Source: an uncultured Bacteroidales bacterium | GTDB taxonomy: Bacteria; Bacteroidota; Bacteroidia; Bacteroidales; GCA-2748055 | Reading direction: 5' to 3' | Length of the DNA: 64,000 nt | NCBI GenBank assembly: GCA_963751705.1 | Contig: CAVVVN010000008.1 | Location: 131,259 to 195,258 of the forward strand | In this document: positions 25,689-35,116 of the stretch, piece by piece | Layout: each line of letters starts with the position of its first letter | Numbering within the stretch: position 1 is the stretch's first letter | The notes under the pieces: generated by a model | What the model was told of the DNA's origin: nothing | The model's input: the letters and a program-made list of their open reading frames with translations, nothing else | Databases searched by the model: none | Position numbers and translations under genes: made by a program

Positions 25689-27968
25689 TTACTCAATTCC
25701 CCATTCCTTATTGGGCTGATTTCCCATAATCAGTTCAAGTTTTCCTCCATTCACGATATCTTTGAATTTAAACCTGCAACTGTTGAGCGGTTCACCGTTC
25801 AGACGGGCTGACTGAACATAATAATTGTCGCTAGAGTTATTTTTAGCTTCAATCACAAACTTACCCCCGGGGTAATAATTTTCATCCAGATGGATGGTGA
25901 TCCTGTCAAAGAGCGGGCTACCGATATTGACCATCGGTTCTACGGCTGCCCCGCCTTCCATCTCAAACAGGCCCATGGAACTCATCACGAACCAGGCCCC
26001 CATCTGTCCTTCATCCTCGTCACCCAGCCAGCCATGCAGCGGGGTGGCCCCATAGTACCTGTTCATGATCTCCCGGGTCCACTTTTGTGTGAGCCAGGGT
26101 TTTCCTGAATAATTAAAGAGGTAAGCTGCCTGCATGTTCGGCTGATTGCCATGGTTGATGTAATGCGCTGCCATTCTGTCTCCGGTGGCATTGAAATTCT
26201 CATTCTGTGATAACTCAAATCCATCGTTCAACCTCTGGTTAAACTCCTCCTCGCCAATCATACTGACAAGTTCTTTTACATCCTGCGGAACAAAGAAGGT
26301 GTACTGCCAGGAGTTTCCTTCCACAAACTCGTTCCGGGGACTACTCAAAATATTAAAGTCTTCCCTGAAACTGCCATTTTCGTGCCTGGGACGCATAAAT
26401 TTGGTTTCAGGATCAAACATATTCTTGTAATATTCGGCCCGCTTCGAAAACTCCCGGAATTCCTTTTTTTTGCCGAGAGCCTTGGCAAATTGCGCCACAC
26501 ACCAGTCGTCATAGGCATATTCAAGCGTATTGGAAACATGTCCTGCTTCAGTTGGTACGTACCCATATTTCAGATATGGTTCCAGTTTCAAGTTCCCGAC
26601 AGATCCACCACAATCATATTTATGCCCGGGCACCGTTTGCTGGTGATATATAGCTTCCCAGGCCGTCTCTACATCATAATCCCTGATCCCCTTCTGATAG
26701 GCACTCACGATCAGGGGTATGGAGTGGGAGGCCACCATGATGCTCGAATACTCGATCCCTGCGGGTCCTTTTGACAACCAGCCGCCATCCCGATACATCT
26801 GCAACAGGGATTTCACCCACATGCTCGCCATATCGGGGTTGGCCAGGGTCCACAACTGGTTGAGGTTCCAGAAGGTGTTCCAGAACGCGTCGCAGCCCAG
26901 CATGGGTGAGTCATATTGCTTCACTTCTTCACAGGGATCCATATATTTACCATTTACATCGCTAAGGATAGCACGCGCTACATAGGAGCGGTAGAGGTTG
27001 GTATAGAACTTTGTCTTATCCACTTCGCTGCCTCCGCTCACCTCAATCTTGCTCAGCAGGCCATTCCAAACCTTCCGGGCGTCCGCCCTGACGGACTCGA
27101 AGTCCCAACTATACGGTTTGATCAATTCCTCCTCCAGGTTAAGCCTGGCCTGATCGATGCTGACCAGTGAGATACCCGTTTGCAGGAGGACTATTTCTCC
27201 TTCTTCCGTCTCGAAATCCACGTATGCCCCGATATCTCCTTTACCCGATATTTTGGTAATGTCTTTCTGAATTTCTTTTTCTTCCCAGCCACCAAAAAGT
27301 TTAAAAGGCTTGTTGAAGCGGGCCACGAAATGAACCACATAATCGTTGAACCTGCCACTGAGCTGATGCGAATAACCTTCAATCTCCGTATCACTTACTT
27401 TGGTGATCACGGCATCCAGCACTTCCGTTTTATATTCCTGCGGGAAGATCAGGTTGAAATATACATGACCCTCCTTAGTTTCGGGAAAGGTAAAACGAAA
27501 AAAACCGCAGCGCGTCGTACTGGTCAGTTCCGTTCGGATACCGAAGTCAACCAGGTCCACCGAATAATATCCCGGGTTGGCCTGCTCCGTATTCTTGTCA
27601 ATTCGGGAGCGATGGCCGGCAGTACCTCCTGTGCTGATCGGCACATCGGCATGGGGATATATTTGGGGTCTAAGCACCCCTTTGGCAGGCATGACTGACA
27701 AGCCAGACATGGTCCAGGCATGGATATGGCTGAATCCAAATACACTTCCGATTGTGTATTCGTAACCGGCCTTCCAATTCTGGCTCTGGTTGTCCGGGCT
27801 AAGTTGCACCATGCCAAATGGCAGGGTAACGCCCGGATTTAACATCCATCGTGATTCAGATGTACCCAACAATGGATCTGCATAGTCAACAGGTTCCTTT
27901 TGTTGCGAAAACAAATTTATAGCAGAGAAGCTGCAACAAATCAGGATAATCAAAAATACTTTTTTCAT
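25689..27968 (-). CDS. GH92 alpha-mannosidase
   Basis: 759 aa, signal ..LFSQQ. YADPLLGT, SHIHAWTMSG, NHGNQPNMQAAYLFNYSGKPWLTQKW, and GDEDEGQMGAWFV. Confidence 0.9.
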   Translation of the reverse strand: MKKVFLIILICCSFSAINLFSQQKEPVDYADPLLGTSESRWMLNPGVTLPFGMVQLSPDNQSQNWKAGYEYTIGSVFGFSHIHAWTMSGLSVMPAKGVLRPQIYPHADVPISTGGTAGHRSRIDKNTEQANPGYYSVDLVDFGIRTELTSTTRCGFFRFTFPETKEGHVYFNLIFPQEYKTEVLDAVITKVSDTEIEGYSHQLSGRFNDYVVHFVARFNKPFKLFGGWEEKEIQKDITKISGKGDIGAYVDFETEEGEIVLLQTGISLVSIDQARLNLEEELIKPYSWDFESVRADARKVWNGLLSKIEVSGGSEVDKTKFYTNLYRSYVARAILSDVNGKYMDPCEEVKQYDSPMLGCDAFWNTFWNLNQLWTLANPDMASMWVKSLLQMYRDGGWLSKGPAGIEYSSIMVASHSIPLIVSAYQKGIRDYDVETAWEAIYHQQTVPGHKYDCGGSVGNLKLEPYLKYGYVPTEAGHVSNTLEYAYDDWCVAQFAKALGKKKEFREFSKRAEYYKNMFDPETKFMRPRHENGSFREDFNILSSPRNEFVEGNSWQYTFFVPQDVKELVSMIGEEEFNQRLNDGFELSQNENFNATGDRMAAHYINHGNQPNMQAAYLFNYSGKPWLTQKWTREIMNRYYGATPLHGWLGDEDEGQMGAWFVMSSMGLFEMEGGAAVEPMVNIGSPLFDRITIHLDENYYPGGKFVIEAKNNSSDNYYVQSARLNGEPLNSCRFKFKDIVNGGKLELIMGNQPNKEWGIE

Positions 27969-28072
27969 GATTTCTAGTGTTTTGTTTAATATTTACAGAA
28001 TAAGGTTTGCTTCTTTAATATTCGCGATCAGTATAGTGACATCACCATACTGGAATTTAATGGCAATACAAA

Positions 28073-29842
28073 TCATACCTCATCATGGCACTTTTGATTT
28101 GACTTTCTGTATGATTTCACAAAGGCTTTTACAAGCATGGCCCTTTTGTCAGATTCGTTTATTATTTTGTAAGATTCTGCCGCTGCCGGTACTACAATAG
28201 TCTCAGCATAGTTGAATCGTTTTTTCAAGCCGTTTTTGGTTTCTATCAAGATACTTGAACCTTCTACCAAACTTAATACATGGCATTTATTTTCAGTTTG
28301 AACTTCAACGGCTGTCGTAAAATGATATCGGTGAACATCATACAGATGCTTTTCGTGTGTAGGCAGGTGGAAAAGATCCCAATCTGTTCCTCTGTCAATT
28401 AAAACAGGTTTGGGAATTAGTTTTTCTTTCACGTAGTCTCCTTTTCGATTGAAACAGAGATTGTCCATTGCGCGCTGAATATTTATGGGTCGAGGGTGAC
28501 CATCCATATCCATGCGAAGCCAGTCGTACATCTTGAACGTAAAAATATAAGGAGTTGAACTTATTTCAAGGACAAGATTATTAATGCCCGAACCATGAAT
28601 AGTTCCCGGAGGAATCAGAAATAAGTCATGTTTACATGCCTTGTGTGTTTGTACATATTTATCAATCTGAACTTCGTTCTTTTTCTTGAAACTTTCTATT
28701 AAGACATCCTCAAATTCTTTGGGTTTTATATCTTCCTGAAACCCCAGGAATACTTTGGCATTGTCCTTTGTGTCGAGAATATAGTAGGTTTCTTCCTGTG
28801 TAAAATCCTCGTTGAAATGTGTTTTCGTGTATTCTTTGTGTGGATGGCACTGGATGGAGAGATTTCCCCCATTGAAGGTGTCAAGAAAGTCGAAACGAAT
28901 CGGAAACTCCACTCCAAATTCAGGATAAGCTTCACCTAAAACATTTTCTCCTTCCTGGAACATTACGGTGTCAAAAGAAACCTCTGCCACATTTCCCGAA
29001 CTTTCAAAAATCAGCCCGTTTTCGGGAACAATAAGCTCGAAAGACCATGCATAATTTGGGACATCTTTATTCAATCCATTTATTTTATTTACACACCACT
29101 GCCCTCCCCAGGAACCAGGTTCAAACCATGGACGAACACGTAAAACATTCTGGCTGATTTCATTCAATCCCATTCTTAAGTCATTGCCTTTCAACCAGGT
29201 AATTTTATCGGGACGCTGTCCGTCCACAAGCAAATCAATCTCTGGGAGAATTTTCTGTTTTTGTTTATTAAGTACTATCCAATCGACAAAATAGAAACGC
29301 TTGTACATGGGTTTTATCTCATCGGGTTGTGAAGCTCCAATGTTTATAATTGATTTTGCACGTGCACGAAACTGTAATTCATTCTTTGGCAGATCGACAT
29401 AGACCAGAATCCCTTCAATTCCAGCCAGGCTGGCCCCAACACCATAAACGATATTTATGGCGGCCGTATCATCCAATTCTATGTTTTGTAATTTATCAAT
29501 CTGAAAGAAATCTGGCAGATCAAGAGTGGTTCTTGTGCCAAAAATCGGGTCTTCTCCACCCAGAAACGGGCCAATCATTTCATCGATCTCTTCTTCCTCT
29601 TTCAAATAATCAGAAACATTGATCCAGTTAGCTAAAACTCCATTTTGGTGTAAATACCTATTAAGATTCTTTTTGATTAATTCGAAAAAAACTCCCTGAT
29701 AGCCTTCGATTATTACTGTTTTGCTTTTCATTAGTTCAGCAGCCAGGCTCTCAAATCCAAGATAAATCTTCCCCTCACCTAAATTATGTGTAGGGTATAA
29801 ACAGTAATCACCCACACTTTCTTTCTTCTTTTTGACAGGCAT
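28073..29842 (-). CDS. Long-form class I phosphomannose isomerase (cupin) with an extra N-terminal domain
   Basis: ATG at 29842 (alternative GTG at 29878, as in the track). PMI-type motifs [37 protein letters not shown] and [11 protein letters not shown]. The ~250 aa before the cupin have no family I recognise. Confidence 0.7.
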   Translation of the reverse strand: MPVKKKKESVGDYCLYPTHNLGEGKIYLGFESLAAELMKSKTVIIEGYQGVFFELIKKNLNRYLHQNGVLANWINVSDYLKEEEEIDEMIGPFLGGEDPIFGTRTTLDLPDFFQIDKLQNIELDDTAAINIVYGVGASLAGIEGILVYVDLPKNELQFRARAKSIINIGASQPDEIKPMYKRFYFVDWIVLNKQKQKILPEIDLLVDGQRPDKITWLKGNDLRMGLNEISQNVLRVRPWFEPGSWGGQWCVNKINGLNKDVPNYAWSFELIVPENGLIFESSGNVAEVSFDTVMFQEGENVLGEAYPEFGVEFPIRFDFLDTFNGGNLSIQCHPHKEYTKTHFNEDFTQEETYYILDTKDNAKVFLGFQEDIKPKEFEDVLIESFKKKNEVQIDKYVQTHKACKHDLFLIPPGTIHGSGINNLVLEISSTPYIFTFKMYDWLRMDMDGHPRPINIQRAMDNLCFNRKGDYVKEKLIPKPVLIDRGTDWDLFHLPTHEKHLYDVHRYHFTTAVEVQTENKCHVLSLVEGSSILIETKNGLKKRFNYAETIVVPAAAESYKIINESDKRAMLVKAFVKSYRKSNQKCHDEV

Positions 29843-29891
29843 TAAATACTGACTCGATTTTCTGTATGCTCTATTCACGTTTTTCTGGCTT

Positions 29892-32678
29892 TTAGTTTAC
29901 TTCTGATGGAGGCATTTTTTCCACTCCCCATCCTTTATTGGGATTAGGGCCTAACCACAATTCCAGAGTGCCTCCTTTGGCGAATATTTCATGTGAGAAC
30001 CAAAAATCATTCAGTGGTTTTCCATTTAATTCCGCTTTTTGGATATAGCAGTTTTCTTTAGAACTATCATGTGTCCTGATTATAAAATAGTCGCCAGAAT
30101 AATATTTGCTGTCAAGTTTAATCCTTATTTCATCAAATACAGGGCTGGTAATTTCGTACACAGGATTTACTGATTCCGTACCATTCAGACTAAACAAACC
30201 CATGGACATTAAAGCACTAACTCCACCCATTTGTCCCTGGTCTTCGTCGTGCCCTCCATAGCCCTTATCGGGTGTAACTCCCCCATAAGCCTGTTCATTT
30301 ACTTTACGTACCCAATATTGAGTAAGCCAGGGCTTTCCGGCATAGCTAAAAACATGTGCATTTGAGCATCCGGGTTGATTGGCATAGCTGACATAACCAC
30401 TGCTATATCCAAAAACAAAATCCTGCGCGTCGGCTTGTTCGAAAGCAAAATTTAGTTTTTCGCAGAGTTTATCATTCCCGCCCATCAGCCTGGCCAGTCC
30501 GGCAATATCGTGCGATACAGACCAGGTTGCCTGCCAGGCATTGGCCTCTATCCAGCCACCTCCATTTAATGCATTCGTATGTAACCATTCCCCTTTCTCT
30601 GTTTTTGGAAATATTAAACCTTCATCCGCATTATACAGTTTCTTCCAACCTTCCGACCTCTTTAGAAAGTATTTTGCATCCTTCTTTTTTCCAAGATCCT
30701 GTGCCATTTGAGACAATGCCCAATCCTGGAATGCCCATTCAAGGGTTTCCCCTGCATTGCCTGGCTTCCATCCATTTTTTTTATAAAATTCAATTTCATC
30801 TCCTCCCATCATCCCTCCTGGTTCATGATTCCTTTGCATAGTTTCAAAAGCATGTTGAGGGTCTACTTTCCGAAGCAATCCTTTCATGTATGCAGAAACA
30901 ATCAGGTTTGTTGCCGGACAGCCGGTCATAATATAGGAGTAACCACCCGCACATGGTCCACGTGGCAATAGATTTCCATTGTCAGCATATTGCACCAGAG
31001 AGGCTGAGAAATCATCGAGCAAATGTGGCCAGGCCAACCCCCACAAAATATTCAGGTTCCATTGTGTCAGCCAGAAAGCATCGGAATTATACATATTAAA
31101 CAGCGACTTTCCTGTATCATCTTTAGGCAAGGTCCTTACCTTTAATTTAGCGTTGGTATGACTGCCATTACGTTCGCCTTCGGTATAATCAGGGTAGTCG
31201 CCACTATAATCGTTTAATTTATGCCTTCCTAAAAGCGTATGCCATAAATCCGTATAGAATTTAACCCGCTGGTTGCTGGAACCACCTTTTACCTCAATCT
31301 TACCCAAGGCTTGATTCCATTCATCTTGCGCTTCCTGCTTTACTTTATTGAAATCCCAATGCTTACATTCAGCATCCATATTCATCCTGGCATTTTCTAT
31401 ACTTGTATAGGAGATGGAGACTTTTACCTGTACGGATTCGCCTGCTTTCATCTGATAATTTGCGGCGACTCCTGCAGTTGGAGCATCATGGTAGCTCCAA
31501 CCACTTTCCCGCCGCGGTATGCTCTTATTTTCTGCTTCTAGGTATTCTATATCACTTAGTTTGTTTTCACCTTCCCAACTGTCAAGCTGAAGCATAGGTT
31601 TATCGAACCTGATAACAAAATATATTTTAATGTTGGTTGGCCCCCCCCAAAGCCTGCCCACCGAATTGAATGATCCTTCGATTTCGGTGTCACTGACCTT
31701 CTTTACTTTTGCTCCGGTCATGGTGCTTGTAGAAACATACCCTCCCAGATTTACCAGAATTTTTGCGATATCATTTTTGGTGTACTTAATACGGTAAAAG
31801 CTTACCCGGTCCGTACAGGTTTGTTCCACCCAGGTTTCATACCGGTCAAGGTAAATGCGATGGTAACCGGGCTGGACAATCTCGCTGTTATGTGAGAATC
31901 CTGATTTCCAGCCTTCGTGCCAAAGCGAAGTGTTTACGTCGCCTGTGGTTGGCATCAATTCAACACCAGATAACATCCAGGCATGGATTTGCGGAAAACT
32001 GAGAACCTCCGTGCTGTTATAGTTATAGCCGCCCCCCATTTGATTTTTGTTCCGGGTCAGCGGGGCAGCACTAATCATTCCAAAAGGGCGACTCCCTGTA
32101 ACAAAAAAGAAATACCGGCCCCTTGTTGTTTCTATATAAGGGTCCACCATCGAAACAGGATCGAGTACAGTCTGCGTTGAAGGGAACACCTCTATTTCAG
32201 ATAGTCCCATATGGTCACCGATCCCGTCGGTAACTACAAAACGAAACCACTCAATGTTCTTCGGAGCAAACGTGACAATACATGCACTCCCGTCGTTGGG
32301 AATAAGATTCACACTCAGTTTGGAACCGTCGCTGAATTCAAGTGTTCCTCCTGCCAGGTGTGCGTCAAGTGTTGGCCGATCGTAAAAAATTATCTTATCG
32401 ATGCATTGAGGTGTGTCCCAGTTTAGTTGAATCCAGGGATAATTAATCGCTCCCCAAAAAGTTGTATGGCTGTCAGAAGCCCATTCACCCAAATTGGGCA
32501 TTCGGATTATGCCATCGGTAATATTTGCAGCGGCAAAATTACTATTCTGTTCGACCGATGCTTTTACGGTAGCCATTCCGGCAATATTTCCCGGTCCGGC
32601 ATGCAATTGTAACAGCCCAACCAGAAAAATAATACATGTGGATACCAGGTATTGATAGGTACATAAATTCCGTTTCAT
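29892..32678 (-). CDS. GH92 alpha-mannosidase with an N-terminal discoidin (F5/8 type C, CBM32-like) domain
   Basis: ATG at 32678 ([14 protein letters not shown]..; the track extends to 32738, which would overlap the MFS gene). N-terminal AANITDG..WASD...[18 protein letters not shown]...LSEIEVF. GH92 core with [25 protein letters not shown] and [11 protein letters not shown]. Confidence 0.85.
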   Translation of the reverse strand: MKRNLCTYQYLVSTCIIFLVGLLQLHAGPGNIAGMATVKASVEQNSNFAAANITDGIIRMPNLGEWASDSHTTFWGAINYPWIQLNWDTPQCIDKIIFYDRPTLDAHLAGGTLEFSDGSKLSVNLIPNDGSACIVTFAPKNIEWFRFVVTDGIGDHMGLSEIEVFPSTQTVLDPVSMVDPYIETTRGRYFFFVTGSRPFGMISAAPLTRNKNQMGGGYNYNSTEVLSFPQIHAWMLSGVELMPTTGDVNTSLWHEGWKSGFSHNSEIVQPGYHRIYLDRYETWVEQTCTDRVSFYRIKYTKNDIAKILVNLGGYVSTSTMTGAKVKKVSDTEIEGSFNSVGRLWGGPTNIKIYFVIRFDKPMLQLDSWEGENKLSDIEYLEAENKSIPRRESGWSYHDAPTAGVAANYQMKAGESVQVKVSISYTSIENARMNMDAECKHWDFNKVKQEAQDEWNQALGKIEVKGGSSNQRVKFYTDLWHTLLGRHKLNDYSGDYPDYTEGERNGSHTNAKLKVRTLPKDDTGKSLFNMYNSDAFWLTQWNLNILWGLAWPHLLDDFSASLVQYADNGNLLPRGPCAGGYSYIMTGCPATNLIVSAYMKGLLRKVDPQHAFETMQRNHEPGGMMGGDEIEFYKKNGWKPGNAGETLEWAFQDWALSQMAQDLGKKKDAKYFLKRSEGWKKLYNADEGLIFPKTEKGEWLHTNALNGGGWIEANAWQATWSVSHDIAGLARLMGGNDKLCEKLNFAFEQADAQDFVFGYSSGYVSYANQPGCSNAHVFSYAGKPWLTQYWVRKVNEQAYGGVTPDKGYGGHDEDQGQMGGVSALMSMGLFSLNGTESVNPVYEITSPVFDEIRIKLDSKYYSGDYFIIRTHDSSKENCYIQKAELNGKPLNDFWFSHEIFAKGGTLELWLGPNPNKGWGVEKMPPSEVN

Positions 32679-32689
32679 AACTAAGGTTT

Positions 32690-33841
32690 TTAGTCTTTTA
32701 ATGCAAAGAATGACAAGATCAACAAATAAGCTGCACAAGCTACCAGTACAAAGATCCCGGCGCTTATGTTTGTCATATCGGTAATTTTACCCATTATCGG
32801 TGGGAGGACAGCCCCCCCCGAAACAGCCATAATCATCAAGCCTGAAATTTCATTGGCATTGTCCTGATATTTTTTAATCGTTATGGAAAAAATCAGCGGG
32901 AAGATATTGGATGCTGCCAGGCCAATAGAAAACATTAATGCCAGAGCAAAAAAGGATGTTGAAGAAAAAATAAACACAACAATTGTTACTAAAGTTGCAA
33001 GGGATGAGCCTAACAGAAACTTTTTAGAGGACATTCGGGTCAACAGCACGGCACCCACAAGTGTCCCCAGTAATTTGCCAAAAAAATACAGGCTTCTCCC
33101 CTGTATAGCCGGTTCAGCATCTAATCCTATTTTTTCCATTAGAAATTGCCCCGATATCGAATTAATTCCCACATCGATACCCACTATAAAAAAAATGCCA
33201 AGAACCATAAATGCGATGTACCTCACTGATAACAATTGAAGACAAGAGCCAATGGTTGCTTTCTTTTTGTTCGACCGAATTTCAGAAATTTTCGTAAAAT
33301 GCAACCAGATAACGGCTAAAAGAGAAACCCCTCCAAAAACCAAAAGCAAGATTTTCCAATCTCCAAAACGTACTGCAAAAAGGGTGGCCAGAAACGGTGC
33401 CACCATCGATCCAATGGATTTGATGAACTGTGAAAAACTTAAGAAACTCGAACTTCGATTTGATGGAACAATATCGATTAACAAAGGATTTGCTGAGACC
33501 TGAATGATTGTATTTCCAATTCCGAGTAAAGCAAAACCGCCTAAAAGTACCGGAAAAGTATAAAATATAAAGGGCAATAACAGACCCAGAGATGTTAAGA
33601 TCATCCCGATATTTAACATATTTCGTTTCCCGATTCGGTCCTGTAGAATACCAACCGGAACGGATAGAATAAAAAACCAGGCAAAAACGGCAAGAGGTAT
33701 CATTTGTGCCAGGGTATTACTTAACTCAAAATCGGCCTTTGCATTGTCCACTCCAAGTCCAACCAGGTCGCAAAAACTCATAATAAAAAAGCTTAACAGC
33801 ACCGGGGTGACGTATGCGGCAGAAATTTTTTGTTTGGTCAT
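32690..33841 (-). CDS. MFS sugar transporter (FucP/GluP-like)
   Basis: 383 aa. About 12 hydrophobic segments and the motif GILQDRIGKRNML after TM2. Confidence 0.8.
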   Translation of the reverse strand: MTKQKISAAYVTPVLLSFFIMSFCDLVGLGVDNAKADFELSNTLAQMIPLAVFAWFFILSVPVGILQDRIGKRNMLNIGMILTSLGLLLPFIFYTFPVLLGGFALLGIGNTIIQVSANPLLIDIVPSNRSSSFLSFSQFIKSIGSMVAPFLATLFAVRFGDWKILLLVFGGVSLLAVIWLHFTKISEIRSNKKKATIGSCLQLLSVRYIAFMVLGIFFIVGIDVGINSISGQFLMEKIGLDAEPAIQGRSLYFFGKLLGTLVGAVLLTRMSSKKFLLGSSLATLVTIVVFIFSSTSFFALALMFSIGLAASNIFPLIFSITIKKYQDNANEISGLMIMAVSGGAVLPPIMGKITDMTNISAGIFVLVACAAYLLILSFFALKD

Positions 33842-33844
33842 TTT

Positions 33845-34768
33845 CTAATTATATAGTTGTGAATAGTAATTATTGTCGCACAGGCGTGCACTCCCTATGA
33901 TCGCAGCATTTTCACCTAAAGCAGAAATACATATTTCGGGTTGCAGCTTGTTCATTTTCAATGCAGCTCGCAGTGGGTTCTCAAAAATTGAAAAGCTATG
34001 GGCAATGTTGCCCCCAATTACAAGGCATTCTACCCCAAAATTTTTCACCCAGGGCGAAAGAAAGGTCCCCAACATGTTTCCAAATATTTCAAATATCTCA
34101 ATGGTTGATCCATCGCTTCCTGCCAATTCGGCCATTTCTTTCACTCCCTTGATATATTTCCCTGTCCTGCTCTTATATTCATGTAAAAACCAACGAGTGG
34201 AAAAATAATCGTCCGCAATTGAATTTTTGAAGGGAATGTGATATATAAACCCATCATCGGGAACACCGTTTTCACCAGCTACCGGAAGTTTATTCCGTAT
34301 GAAAGTTGATCCGAATCCAGTCCCGAGAGTGATGGCAAGTACATGATTAAATTCTGAGGGTCTTCCCTGTGAAGTCTCACCAACAGCAAAGGCCGAAGCA
34401 TCGTTAATAAACCGGACCGGAAAATCTTCAGGCAAATTCAATATTCCCGATAATTCTTTCCTCACGTTGACTCCATGCAGGGCTCCAAACTTTTTTACTT
34501 TCTTATCAAAAAGGGCTATGCCTTTTTCATAATCAAACGGCCCGGGCATGGCAAACCCTAATCCAAGAATTTTTTGAATCCCAAATTCTTGCGACGACTG
34601 GCTTATCGCATCTGCCCATTTTTGTAATATTTCCGATTTGGAAGCTGCATTGTTTACGCTGGTTCTTACGAAAGTGTGATCCAGTGGTATATTTGTATTC
34701 AGATCAACCAGCTGACAGGTAATATGACTCCCGCCTATATCAATACCTAAAGCTAGTTTCTGTGTCAT
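33845..34768 (-). CDS. ROK-family sugar kinase (probable hexo/mannokinase)
   Basis: 307 aa. LGIDIGGSHITCQLVD (ATP-binding DxGG), NDASAFAVGE, ITLGTGFGS, and VIGGNIA. Confidence 0.8.
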   Translation of the reverse strand: MTQKLALGIDIGGSHITCQLVDLNTNIPLDHTFVRTSVNNAASKSEILQKWADAISQSSQEFGIQKILGLGFAMPGPFDYEKGIALFDKKVKKFGALHGVNVRKELSGILNLPEDFPVRFINDASAFAVGETSQGRPSEFNHVLAITLGTGFGSTFIRNKLPVAGENGVPDDGFIYHIPFKNSIADDYFSTRWFLHEYKSRTGKYIKGVKEMAELAGSDGSTIEIFEIFGNMLGTFLSPWVKNFGVECLVIGGNIAHSFSIFENPLRAALKMNKLQPEICISALGENAAIIGSARLCDNNYYSQLYN

Positions 34769-34832
34769 TGTCTGAATAGAATTGAGGAAGTGAATTCGTC
34801 ATTGTGCTGATGTGAGATGTATTGTTTTAATG

Positions 34833-34887
34833 GGCTATATCCATGTTTTAACAGGCTAAATCCATGTCTAAATTCCAAATGTCCATA
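34833..34887 (-). promoter_or_regulatory. Phased direct repeats (21-bp period) upstream of the ROK-MFS-GH92 transcription unit; candidate activator or operator site
   Basis: GGCTATATCCATGTTTTAA (34833-34851) and GGCTAAATCCATGTCTAAA (34854-34872) match at 16/19 positions. The core TCCAT recurs at 34840, 34861 and 34882, exactly 21 bp apart. Located 65-120 nt upstream of ATG 34768. Confidence 0.4.
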
Positions 34888-35116
34888 CATATGCAAAATA
34901 AGGAATTCATTGGTAATAACCGCTTGTACAGGTGTGTTTTTTATAGATTTATCAAGGGAGACCTTCCCCCGCTAAAGTTGACACCAAGTTAGCTCTACTT
35001 TAAGCCATTAGCATATTTTGAACCGGGAGGATTCGGATATTCTTTACCCTCAGAATAATTGGATGTATTACAGAACCTACCTGTTTCTTCATCCATAGCC
35101 GTTTAAATTGTGAATT

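Noticed and set aside
34879-34992. A 37-aa plus-strand ORF (MSIHMQNKEFIGNNRLYRCVFYRFIKGDLPPLKLTPS) in the 348-bp intergenic gap.
   Set aside because: It is on the wrong strand for the island, has no recognisable leader or motif, and overlaps the phased repeats. It is most likely fortuitous.
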